Position numbers and translations under genes: made by a program
Assembly: GCA_016699205.1 (NCBI GenBank)
Contig: CP064964.1
Coordinates: 1,050,001-1,082,000, forward strand
Direction: 5' to 3'
DNA: 32,000 nucleotides
Origin: Candidatus Saccharimonadota bacterium
GTDB taxonomy: Bacteria > Patescibacteriota > Patescibacteriia > 2-12-FULL-60-25
Part shown: positions 1 through 9,942 of the stretch, piece by piece
How the letters are laid out: every line of letters starts with the position of its first letter
Numbering within the stretch: the first letter of the stretch is position 1
The notes under the pieces: model-generated
Seen by the model: only the letters and a program-made list of their open reading frames with translations
What the model was told of the DNA's origin: nothing
The model's database searches: none

Positions 1-853
1 GGCCGCGTATTAATGCCGCGGGACGCATGGACCATGCGACGGTTGCGCTTCGACTTTTACTTTCAGAATCGATGGATGAAGCGCGGCTTATCGCGAGAGA
101 ACTAGAGGATTTAAACAAAGCGAGACAAGACGCGACGAAGAAAATGATGGTGGAGGCGGAAAAAATCGTTGGTGATGATGTGAAGGATAATGTGATTGTG
201 GTTTGGAAAGAGAATTGGTCGCCGGCTCTTGTCGGACTCGTTGCTGGACGATTTATGGAGAAGTTTTCTCGACCGGTGGTCGCTGTCGGAAAGCATGGGG
301 ATCATTGGATTGGGTCGGGGAGATCGATATCGACTTATAATATTACGGATGCCGTGAAAGCTTCTGGTGAAGGAATTCTGACAAGAAGCGGTGGTCATGT
401 GCAGGCTTGCGGATTTGCATTGACAGACGGTGATCAGTTGTCAGTTTTCAGTGATCGGTTAAAGAGCATGCGCGATCGATTTCTGCCGAAGAGCTGACGC
501 CGTTGCTTTCTATCGATGCAGAAATGACGCTGGCTGCGGTTGCGATGGATGTGGCGGAAGCGGTGAAGCGATTGGAACCATATGGAATGGGAAATGCGCT
601 TCCGATTTTTTTATCCAAGCGCTGCAAGATTCTTTCTTCCGACACGATGGGTTCGACGGGAAATCATTTACGGATGCAGCTTGCGGATGGTTCGGGGAGA
701 GCGGTGAAGGCGGTTGGTTTTAAGATGGGTGGTCGAATTCTTGAAGCTTTGATGGGGAAAGAGATTGATGTTGTTTATAATCTTTCGATTAATGAGTGGA
801 ATGGGCGGAGGACGGCGGAATGTCGATTGATTGATTTTCGGGCGAGCGCATAA
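1..853 (+). CDS. recJ: Single-stranded-DNA-specific exonuclease RecJ, C-terminal part (5' end outside the window), reading frame broken once
   Basis: The frame from nt 3 reads PRINAAGRMDHA (RecJ NAAGR motif) and runs through ORF 27..497. The RecJ C-terminal region (SAEELTPLLSIDAEM...EPYGMGNALPIF...NEWNGRR) continues in ORF 503..853 in another frame. The frames join if the A-run at 461..463 had one more A. Confidence 0.8.
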
Positions 854-882
854 ATAGAAAATGCTTTGCGTTAGCCAAGAAT

Positions 883-911
883 TTGACAAAATAGCTGTTT
901 TTTAGTATAGT
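883..911 (+). promoter_or_regulatory. Sigma70-type promoter, TTGACA-17-TATAGT
   Basis: TTGACA lies at 883..888 and TATAGT at 906..911, with a 17-nt spacer. It sits in the recJ-orphan intergenic region, about 150 nt upstream of ATG 1062. Confidence 0.55.
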
Positions 912-1061
912 TGATCGTTAGTCAAAATTTTCACTATTTTGGCTAATTTTAGTTCGGAAGTGGTCCTTGGAGGTCGACTTGTGGGCGCGGATGGTCTGTG
1001 TCCATGATTGAGTGCCTTTCAAAGGACGCGGTTCACGGCAATACCGTGACGGGAGGCTGAT

Positions 1062-1925
1062 ATGAGCTGGAGCACACGTAGTCCTCTGGAAGCGGCGGCG
1101 CTATCGAGGGCGGAGACCGCAGAAAAGACTTACGAAGCAGATCAGCGCTATCGTCTGAGCCAGCAGGTTCCGATGGCGAGTGAATCTGGCCTGAGAAGCG
1201 AGTTCGACCAGGGGAGAAAAGATTTTCTCAAAATGAACTTCGATGACTATCTTCACAGGATCGTTGTCGATATCGATGCGGATCTCCCTACCTTGCGCCG
1301 TATCGTCCGATGTCCATTTCACCCCCCGACCAAGAATGGGTTCGGCTGCGATCAGCCATGGTTTGAGAATGACGAATTCTTTTCTTTGAGAGGATATCGT
1401 TACAATTGGACTCGGCACAGATCCTGCAAGGATGAGGTTCTGTACAAGTCAAACCCTGATCGCGACTGCGCGCCTCATCTTGATTGCGATCAGAATCGCG
1501 ATGTGTTCATTGCGCCGGTTCCCCACCACTTTTTGGCTTCTGGGATTTGCGATGTCTTGGAGCCTCTTGCTGCCTATGCAGACCGGCGAGGATTCCGGTT
1601 TGCAATGGAGTTGGAGATGGCCGCATTTGCGGCACAGCACCCTTGGTCTGTGAACAACGGGAATTCGATCATCGCGCTCGGCGCATCCAGGCTGCACTCA
1701 TCGCCGTACTCATTTCGTCATGAAGATGTGGATGTCTATCTTGAGATCCACAATGAGGGTGCTATTCGCCACCTTCACCGGATGAGCGGCCCATCGCTTG
1801 ATCGGCATTGTGATGCTGTCCGTCGTTTTGCAAACGACAGCTTGAACTGTGGTCTCGTGTACCGTAATCATGTCCTGCAAGAAAACGACCGAATTCTCTT
1901 GGTCAAGAAGACGGGTCCGTTGTAG
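1062..1925 (+). CDS. Hypothetical protein (287 aa, Cys/His-rich, no recognised domain)
   Basis: ORF 1062..1925 has a GGGAGG Shine-Dalgarno at 1051..1056, its own upstream promoter and its own downstream terminator. I recognise no family motif. Confidence 0.6.
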   Translation: MSWSTRSPLEAAALSRAETAEKTYEADQRYRLSQQVPMASESGLRSEFDQGRKDFLKMNFDDYLHRIVVDIDADLPTLRRIVRCPFHPPTKNGFGCDQPWFENDEFFSLRGYRYNWTRHRSCKDEVLYKSNPDRDCAPHLDCDQNRDVFIAPVPHHFLASGICDVLEPLAAYADRRGFRFAMELEMAAFAAQHPWSVNNGNSIIALGASRLHSSPYSFRHEDVDVYLEIHNEGAIRHLHRMSGPSLDRHCDAVRRFANDSLNCGLVYRNHVLQENDRILLVKKTGPL

Positions 1926-1944
1926 GTTGAGCGTTTCTACTTGG

Positions 1945-1983
1945 CAGTCCGTACCGACTTACTGGTACGGGCTGTTTTCGTTT
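1945..1983 (+). terminator. Rho-independent terminator
   Basis: An 11-bp stem pairs cagtccgtacc (1945..1955) with ggtacgggctg (1964..1974), with one G-U pair. It is followed by ttttcgttt. Confidence 0.7.
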
Positions 1984-2015
1984 GTGATATCGATGCCAGA
2001 TCGACTACAGAGCGG

Positions 2016-2045
2016 TTGACAAAATTGATGAAATATGATTAAAAT
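2016..2045 (+). promoter_or_regulatory. Sigma70-type promoter, TTGACA-18-TAAAAT
   Basis: TTGACA is at 2016..2021 and TAAAAT at 2040..2045. The AGGAGG Shine-Dalgarno at 2063..2068 and ATG 2074 follow. Confidence 0.55.
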
Positions 2046-2073
2046 ATTTTTGTCCTTTTCAAAGGAGGTGCTC

Positions 2074-2553
2074 ATGGAGCGGGTCTATCCGATCAATGTC
2101 GAATTGATCGAGTGGCCGACGTACCAGATGTATCAATCGCTGTTCTATGGCGTTTGCAGCCAGCTCGATCGTCGGGTCAATGGCGGAGTGCTTCATCCTG
2201 CAATTGCCCATATCAAGCCTGTCACAGGAAGGATTGATGTCGTTAGTGCTGTTATCGATCCAACACGGATCGTTGCTTCAGATGATGTGATTCGTTGGGG
2301 CCGTTCGCACTCACTGCGTCCGTTGTTTCCTTGGGAGTATTACACGTTCATCGCTCAATACGTTGAGAAGATGCGTGATGTCCGGACTGTTTGCCTTGGT
2401 TTCCAGTATCGCAAACGTGGAAGTCTGTTCTTTTCCAGAACCAAGTACTTTGTTCCGCATGCGTATCAGATCGGACAAGATCTCTGTCTTGACTCGGCTG
2501 AATATGAGCATCTTTGGCTTAACGGAACCCACTTTCTTTTTACGAGTTACTGA
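2074..2553 (+). CDS. Hypothetical protein (159 aa)
   Basis: This is the in-frame part of ORF 2035..2553. I prefer ATG 2074 because of the strong AGGAGG 6 nt upstream. No recognised domain. Confidence 0.55.
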   Translation: MERVYPINVELIEWPTYQMYQSLFYGVCSQLDRRVNGGVLHPAIAHIKPVTGRIDVVSAVIDPTRIVASDDVIRWGRSHSLRPLFPWEYYTFIAQYVEKMRDVRTVCLGFQYRKRGSLFFSRTKYFVPHAYQIGQDLCLDSAEYEHLWLNGTHFLFTSY

Positions 2554-2638
2554 TCCAGGAAATATCGTGCTGTTTGTAACGTCGTAAGTTCTCGCGTCTC
2601 TTGTTCTCCTGAAAAAGGATTGAGCATGGGACGCGTTT

Positions 2639-2667
2639 TTGGTTATTGACGATTTTCGCGCTAGAAT
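2639..2667 (+). promoter_or_regulatory. Promoter of rnhA; the predicted transcript is leaderless
   Basis: TTGGTT (2639..2644), a 17-nt spacer and TAGAAT (2662..2667) are followed by only 6 nt (cccgcc) before ATG 2674. Confidence 0.45.
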
Positions 2668-2673
2668 CCCGCC

Positions 2674-3081
2674 ATGCATGTCATTATCCGTACCGATGGA
2701 GGTGCTCGAGGGAATCCGGGACCGGCTGGGATCGGTGTTGTTATCGAGGACGCAAAAGGGAAGGTGTTGGAGGAACATGCCAAGTTTTTGGGTGTGAAGA
2801 CCAATAATCAGGCAGAATATGAAGCCGTGATTCTGGGATTGCAGCGCGCGAAGCATTTGAAGGCGGAGTCTGCGGAAGTTGTGGCTGATAGCGAGCTCGT
2901 GATCAAGCAGGCGAATGGCGAATATAAAGTGAAGCACGTAAATATTAAGCCGCTTTTTGCCCAAGTTCAGGATTTAGTGCGGCAGATCGGATCGGTGAAG
3001 TTTAGGCATGTGAAAAGAGCTCAGAATGAACATGCGGATGCCTTGTCGAATAAGGCGATGGACGAGGGTATCACAAGGTAA
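2674..3081 (+). CDS. rnhA: Ribonuclease HI (RNase H, RVT_3-like type)
   Basis: The translation shows DGGARGNPGPAGIG, NNQAEYEAVILGL, ADSELVIKQ and NEHADALSNKAMD. These are the DEDD RNase H motifs in the expected order. Confidence 0.85.
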   Translation: MHVIIRTDGGARGNPGPAGIGVVIEDAKGKVLEEHAKFLGVKTNNQAEYEAVILGLQRAKHLKAESAEVVADSELVIKQANGEYKVKHVNIKPLFAQVQDLVRQIGSVKFRHVKRAQNEHADALSNKAMDEGITR

Positions 3082-3084
3082 AGA

Positions 3085-3093
3085 TGGTATTAT
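3085..3093 (+). promoter_or_regulatory. Extended -10 promoter (TGgTATTAT) giving a leaderless transcript
   Basis: TGgTATTAT at 3085..3093 is followed by 6 nt (tggggt) and ATG 3100. No Shine-Dalgarno is present. Confidence 0.4.
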
Positions 3094-3099
3094 TGGGGT

Positions 3100-4548
3100 A
3101 TGTCGAATCCATTTGAGCTATCGCATCACGCAACATCCCCCGCGACGAAGAGTGGGCGCTTCATGGAAGTTCGATCTGCCGTCGAGAGTACCCCTGCGTT
3201 AACCAAGTCATTTGGCTCAACGGTTGAACTTCATTTCTCGGGGGCAGAGCAGCAGCGGTATATGTCGAATGCTGTATTTGGTGAGGCGCTCCAGGATAGC
3301 CTGACTCATTTGTTTGATTCGGGTTTTAGTCCATCGGTTGAAGAGCTTGATCAGAAGATGGATGAGATTGGGACTGAGTTGAATACGAGTCAGAGAAAAA
3401 TTCTCACCGGCAGCATGCATCGGATGAAAGAGGCGATACAGTCCGTTAGTCCTGAGTATAGGGTCCGTTGCCAGTCGCTCGCTCAAACGTTTTACGAGGG
3501 GCTTGCGGGGTCGGTGGAAGAGCTTGGCGGATTTCCCCCGGAGATAGAAATTACATCACTTGGTGCCGTTATGATTCGTGTTCAGGATCTGGGCGCATGG
3601 CGACGGATCTGCGATTTTCAAGGATTTGAACCCGGGCTCGCTGGCATAAAAATTCTTTCTCCGGAAGGTCAGTCAGCCGTTTCAGATGACGACGCAAAGG
3701 ATTTCGGACGCATGATCGTTCTTGCGCCTGAATATATTACACATATGGGCGGAGAATCGAGTGATGCGTTTGCGAAGCATGAACTATTCCATGATGTTTA
3801 TCATCTCGCGATTGCGCCCGAGCAGACCGTTTCGTATCGAGATCCTTTTGAAAAGGAGGTCTTCATTTCGGTGAAAAATGAACTGTTGGCGTATCTTATT
3901 GGGAATTCCCGCTGGAATTCAAATTTGAACGACACAGCCGGTTCTGTGATCGTGCGTGAAACATTGGATCCTCAATTACAGAACCGCAGGCCTGAGGAGA
4001 TTATCGCCTTCGCTTCTTATTCGAGCAGACTTCAGAGAGAGGGCGCGACCCCAGAACAGGCTCGGGAGCGTACAAGACAGTTTTCAAATGAGCTATTTTC
4101 TGCCATGCACGCGATTACAAAGCTTGCCCTGCTTCAGGATCGGTCGTTTGAGCAAGGCGTTTCACGTCTTTTGGTTTCGCAGTCATTTAAGGAGATTGCG
4201 TTCCATGCTTCAGAGCTCAGCGGTGAGCGCGAGGTGGTGGCTGAAGACCTTTTGAAGGATTCCGAGACTCAAGAGCCTGCTTCTTTCGCATATATCATCG
4301 AGGCTTTAAGCAATGCTGTGCGCTTTAGTATTCCCATCCAATCTCTCGAAGCTGTACTAGTTCTCGTCGAGCAAGCTATAGACCAATTTCGTGGTTATGA
4401 CTCGCGAGATGTACCGCCTCAAATACTACAACTACAACGACTTGCTCAACTGGCTCGAGAAAGCGTTATGAAGCCACAACATGAAAAGAATGCCCAGGCG
4501 AACGCCCTCTCGAATAAGGCCATGGACGAGGGGCAGGGTGTGCTATAA
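3100..4548 (+). CDS. Hypothetical protein with an HExxH motif (putative zinc metallopeptidase-like), 482 aa; its C-terminal tail duplicates the rnhA terminus
   Basis: ORF 3100..4548 contains AFAKHELFHDVYH (HExxH plus a further His) and a downstream VKNELLAY Glu. Its last ~24 aa (HEKNAQANALSNKAMDEGQGVL) mirror the rnhA C-terminus. Confidence 0.6.
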   Translation: MSNPFELSHHATSPATKSGRFMEVRSAVESTPALTKSFGSTVELHFSGAEQQRYMSNAVFGEALQDSLTHLFDSGFSPSVEELDQKMDEIGTELNTSQRKILTGSMHRMKEAIQSVSPEYRVRCQSLAQTFYEGLAGSVEELGGFPPEIEITSLGAVMIRVQDLGAWRRICDFQGFEPGLAGIKILSPEGQSAVSDDDAKDFGRMIVLAPEYITHMGGESSDAFAKHELFHDVYHLAIAPEQTVSYRDPFEKEVFISVKNELLAYLIGNSRWNSNLNDTAGSVIVRETLDPQLQNRRPEEIIAFASYSSRLQREGATPEQARERTRQFSNELFSAMHAITKLALLQDRSFEQGVSRLLVSQSFKEIAFHASELSGEREVVAEDLLKDSETQEPASFAYIIEALSNAVRFSIPIQSLEAVLVLVEQAIDQFRGYDSRDVPPQILQLQRLAQLARESVMKPQHEKNAQANALSNKAMDEGQGVL

Positions 4549-4549
4549 T
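4541..4549 (+). promoter_or_regulatory. Extended -10 promoter (TGcTATAAT) for the pilus operon
   Basis: TGcTATAAT lies at 4541..4549. The TAA stop of the upstream ORF lies inside the hexamer, and ATG 4560 is 10 nt downstream. Confidence 0.45.
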
Positions 4550-4559
4550 CGACCTAACT

Positions 4560-5633
4560 ATGGGGCTTTTTTCTTCTGCGCCGGTTTCGACGAGTTATTT
4601 GGGTGTGGATATCGGTTTTGCCGGGATGAAACTGGTCGAACTTAAGAATGAGAAAGGACGAGCGCGACTCGTGACTTACGCGTATGCCAACGTGGCTTCC
4701 GATAGTCTTGAGAAGTCGCTTTTGAATGATATTCCAAATGCCGCCGATCTTTTGAAGAAGATGGTTGGTAAGAGTAAGGCTACGGCAAAGAAGGCTGTTG
4801 CCGCATTGCCGATTTCTTCCGTTTTTTCATCGATTCTTTCTGTGCCGACGACGAATGATAAAGAATTGAAAGAGGCGGTGCAGCTTCAGGCAAAGAAATT
4901 GATCCCGCTTCCGTTGGAAGAGGTTTCGCTTGATACAAAAGTGATCGACAAGACAGAGAAGGGTGCGGATGGCGGAAAACCATCGACGCGTGTTCTTGTG
5001 ACAGCTGCTCCAAAGACATTGGTTTCAAAGTATGTCGAGATTTTTAAACAGGCTGGACTTGAATTGATATCGCTTGAGACGGAAGCGTTTGCGGAGATTC
5101 GCGCGCTGATCGGAAAAGATCGTTCTACGATCATGGTGGTTGATATCGGATCGCTTCGTACAAATATTATGGTGGTGGAGGGCGGAATTCCTTTCATTAC
5201 GCGTTCGATCGCTACGGGAGGAAATGCCATTACGCAGACGATTGCCAAGACGCTCGGTATTCCGATGGATCAGGCGGAGAGCATGAAGCGCGATATCAAG
5301 TCGATGCAGGCTTTTGCACCGACGGGCGATCTTTCGCCGATCCTGACGGTGCTCGTAAAACCGATTTTGGATGAGATCAAATATTCTTTCACATTGTATC
5401 AGCAGCAAGCTAACGGAAGCGGGAAGCGTATCGAGAAAATTATTTTGACCGGAGGTTCAGCACTCTTGCCGCGTTTGCCGGAATTTTTGACGCAGCAGAT
5501 GAATGTGAATTCGTATTTGGGAAATCCATGGGCGCGTGTTGTCTATCCGCCGGATTTGCGACCTTTGCTTGATGAGCTCGGACCTCGTTTTGCGGTGACG
5601 ATCGGTTGTGCGATGCGTGATCTTGATAACTAA
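4560..5633 (+). CDS. pilM: Type IV pilus assembly protein PilM (actin-like ATPase fold)
   Basis: The N-terminus reads YLGVDIGFAGMKLVELK. The protein has an FtsA/PilM-like architecture (VVDIGSLRTNIMVV, ILTGGSALLPRLPEFL) and sits in a pilus context. Confidence 0.8.
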   Translation: MGLFSSAPVSTSYLGVDIGFAGMKLVELKNEKGRARLVTYAYANVASDSLEKSLLNDIPNAADLLKKMVGKSKATAKKAVAALPISSVFSSILSVPTTNDKELKEAVQLQAKKLIPLPLEEVSLDTKVIDKTEKGADGGKPSTRVLVTAAPKTLVSKYVEIFKQAGLELISLETEAFAEIRALIGKDRSTIMVVDIGSLRTNIMVVEGGIPFITRSIATGGNAITQTIAKTLGIPMDQAESMKRDIKSMQAFAPTGDLSPILTVLVKPILDEIKYSFTLYQQQANGSGKRIEKIILTGGSALLPRLPEFLTQQMNVNSYLGNPWARVVYPPDLRPLLDELGPRFAVTIGCAMRDLDN

Positions 5634-5635
5634 CC

Positions 5636-6451
5636 ATGAAGCGGAAATTGGCTAAAGCCCGTAGCCGCGGGCGTGTCTCGCGACGCGATTCTGCGGCGGC
5701 GGAATCTTTGCATCGCCACGGCTTATTGCCTTCGCAGGCTGTGGTTGGTACGGGTTTGCTTGAAGCGGATGAGGCTCGTGATCTTGGTTTTGAATTGCCG
5801 AACTTTAGCTCAGTGACGCCGGCTCAGGATACAAATCGATTACTGCGCATTATTTTGCATGATGCTGATGTTGTGCGCGCGCATCAGATCCGTATTTTGC
5901 CGACAGATCGAGAAGCCGATATTTTATTTGATAATGGCGGCGAACGACGCATTCCGGCTTCTGTGCTGCCTGCGCTAGCGATGCGCGCTCAGCGCATCGG
6001 TGGAAGACTTGGCTGGCATGTGCAGGTTATTCCGGCTGGAACGGGTCCTGCGCTACAGCTGATTCGCAAACGATCAACAGGGGAACAGCATCATCCAGCC
6101 GACTGGTCTGGTGTTTTGGATGGTTTTCGCGGGAAGCCGGAGGGTTTGCTTGTGATCATCGCGCCTGATGCGTATGTGTCGAGGCATTTTCTTGCCAAGT
6201 ATCCACTGGTTGAATCTGTTGATGATTGGCGCGAGATGAAAGGCGATAAGCCTGTTTTATATGATGCGGATCGTGATGAGGGGCGTGAGCTGGCTTTGCA
6301 TGCGGCGATTTCTGGTCGGATCACCATCGCTTTGATGGCTCGTTCTGCGAATGACTGGTGGAGTCAGGCTTCGGAAGCGGGTATTCCTGTACGCGTGGTG
6401 CGCTCGCGCTTGACGACACTTGGCCCGGCATGGGAATCATTCCAGATATGA
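5636..6451 (+). CDS. Degenerate PilB/GspE-like protein (secretion ATPase fold, nucleotide-binding motifs lost)
   Basis: The protein is collinear with T2SS/T4P ATPase blocks. AHQIRILP...ILFDNGG aligns with ASDIHxEP...vRfRxDG. GLLVIIAPDAYVSRHFL sits where the Walker A G(L/I)ILVTGPTGSGKS(T/V) belongs. ALHAAISGRITIALMARSAND aligns with AAxTGHLVxSTLHTNdA. Confidence 0.5.
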   Translation: MKRKLAKARSRGRVSRRDSAAAESLHRHGLLPSQAVVGTGLLEADEARDLGFELPNFSSVTPAQDTNRLLRIILHDADVVRAHQIRILPTDREADILFDNGGERRIPASVLPALAMRAQRIGGRLGWHVQVIPAGTGPALQLIRKRSTGEQHHPADWSGVLDGFRGKPEGLLVIIAPDAYVSRHFLAKYPLVESVDDWREMKGDKPVLYDADRDEGRELALHAAISGRITIALMARSANDWWSQASEAGIPVRVVRSRLTTLGPAWESFQI

Positions 6452-6957
6452 AGCGCACCGTGCTCAGCGTCGAGGATGATGCTGTCTTTGCGGATATTCT
6501 TGCCAAGAATTTGGAATCGGGTGGTTTTGCCGTGATGAAATCGAGTAACGGGGAAGATGGTTTTAAACGTGCCGTAAATGACAAACCGGATGCGATTTTG
6601 CTTGATATCGGTTTACCAAGAAAAGATGGATTTGAATTGTTGGAAGCGCTCAAGACCACGCCTGAGACCTCTTCGATTCCGGTTTTCATGCTGTCGCGCC
6701 TTTCATCACGCGAGGATGTTGATAAATGTTTCTCATTGGGGTGTGCTGATTATATGATTAAGTCACAACATCATCCGGAAGATGTGGTTCGCCGGTTGAA
6801 TCGACATTTTGGATTGGAAGATGGTTTTGCGCGCTGGGAGGTTTTGGTGGCCTTGGGCGTTGTTTTGCTTGCCGCGAGTCTGTTGTGGTGGCAGCTGGGT
6901 CATCCAAAGGCTACGCCAGAGCCACAGGCGCCTGGCGTCGAACTTCAGTCGCCGTAG
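6448..6957 (+). CDS. Single-domain response regulator receiver (CheY-like) with a C-terminal transmembrane helix
   Basis: I prefer internal ATG 6448, which forms an ATGA overlap with the upstream stop. The acidic pocket (VEDD), phospho-acceptor (ILLDIGLP), FMLS and MIKS are present. The C-terminal WEVLVALGVVLLAASLLWW is hydrophobic. Confidence 0.75.
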   Translation: MKRTVLSVEDDAVFADILAKNLESGGFAVMKSSNGEDGFKRAVNDKPDAILLDIGLPRKDGFELLEALKTTPETSSIPVFMLSRLSSREDVDKCFSLGCADYMIKSQHHPEDVVRRLNRHFGLEDGFARWEVLVALGVVLLAASLLWWQLGHPKATPEPQAPGVELQSP

Positions 6958-6966
6958 TGGTATAAT
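6958..6966 (+). promoter_or_regulatory. Extended -10 promoter (TGgTATAAT) for a leaderless pilin mRNA
   Basis: TGgTATAAT at 6958..6966 is followed by 7 nt and then ATG 6974. Confidence 0.45.
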
Positions 6967-6973
6967 CGGATAT

Positions 6974-7432
6974 ATGACGTTTCGACGTGGATTTACGGTG
7001 CTTGAAGCATTGATCGTGCTCGCGGTGTTTGGTTTGCTGGCGACGCTCGCGGTTTTATCGCTCAATAGCGCGCGTGCGAGTTTGCGTGATGCGCAGCGAC
7101 TTTCTGATGTGAGCGTCGTGCGTTCCGCTCTGAGTCAGTACTGGTTGGAGAACGCAACGTATCCGCAATCGGCCGGAATCGATCTTGGAATGCCGGGAGC
7201 AAATGCAGAGAAATTGTCTGCAGCCGGATTTGTGGCGAGTGCCGATCCGACGCAGCCGGTTTATTTGACGCGTATTCCGACGGGACCAAAAGTAAATGAA
7301 TATTATCGCTACCGTGCGGGTCCGAATGGTTACTCGATCCGATTCCAGACGGAAACCAGAACAGACTTGGGTCCGGCAAATGTTTACTACGCACATGCGA
7401 CCGGAATCGATCTTGAGGACGTAGAAAAGTAA
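6974..7432 (+). CDS. Type IV pilin / pseudopilin with a prepilin-type N-terminal cleavage/methylation domain
   Basis: The N-terminus MTFRRGFTVLEALIVLAVFGLLATLAV carries the class III signal peptide (G/FTxLE plus a hydrophobic helix). ATG 6974 is internal to ORF 6809..7432. Confidence 0.85.
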   Translation: MTFRRGFTVLEALIVLAVFGLLATLAVLSLNSARASLRDAQRLSDVSVVRSALSQYWLENATYPQSAGIDLGMPGANAEKLSAAGFVASADPTQPVYLTRIPTGPKVNEYYRYRAGPNGYSIRFQTETRTDLGPANVYYAHATGIDLEDVEK

Positions 7433-7457
7433 TGCTCACGCAACATAGTCACACATC

Positions 7458-9913
<2,456 letters not shown>

Positions 9914-9915
<2 letters not shown>

Positions 9916-9942
9916 TCCCGCCGATCAGCGGGATTATTTTTT
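9914..9942. terminator. Bidirectional rho-independent terminator between convergent genes
   Basis: The stem aatcccgc (9914..9921) pairs with gcgggatt (9928..9935). It is flanked by an A-rich stretch 5' and by tattttttatt 3'. Confidence 0.75.

Noticed and set aside
871-946. Long-range complementarity ttagccaa (871..878) / ttggctaa (939..946) enclosing the promoter at 883..911
   Set aside because: It is only 8 bp with a 60-nt A+T-rich loop. This is easily explained by chance, and half of it lies upstream of the predicted transcription start.
2311-2964. A 217-aa ORF on the minus strand spanning the orphan gene, the intergenic region and rnhA
   Set aside because: It is antisense to rnhA, which has clear RNase H motifs, and it crosses a promoter region. 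It has no motifs or translation signals of its own, so I treat it as a shadow ORF.
6358-6973. N-terminal extensions of ORFs 6358..6957 and 6809..7432 as called in the ORF track
   Set aside because: The extensions overlap the upstream genes in other frames and have no domain content. Internal ATGs (6448 and 6974) give canonical receiver and prepilin N-termini.
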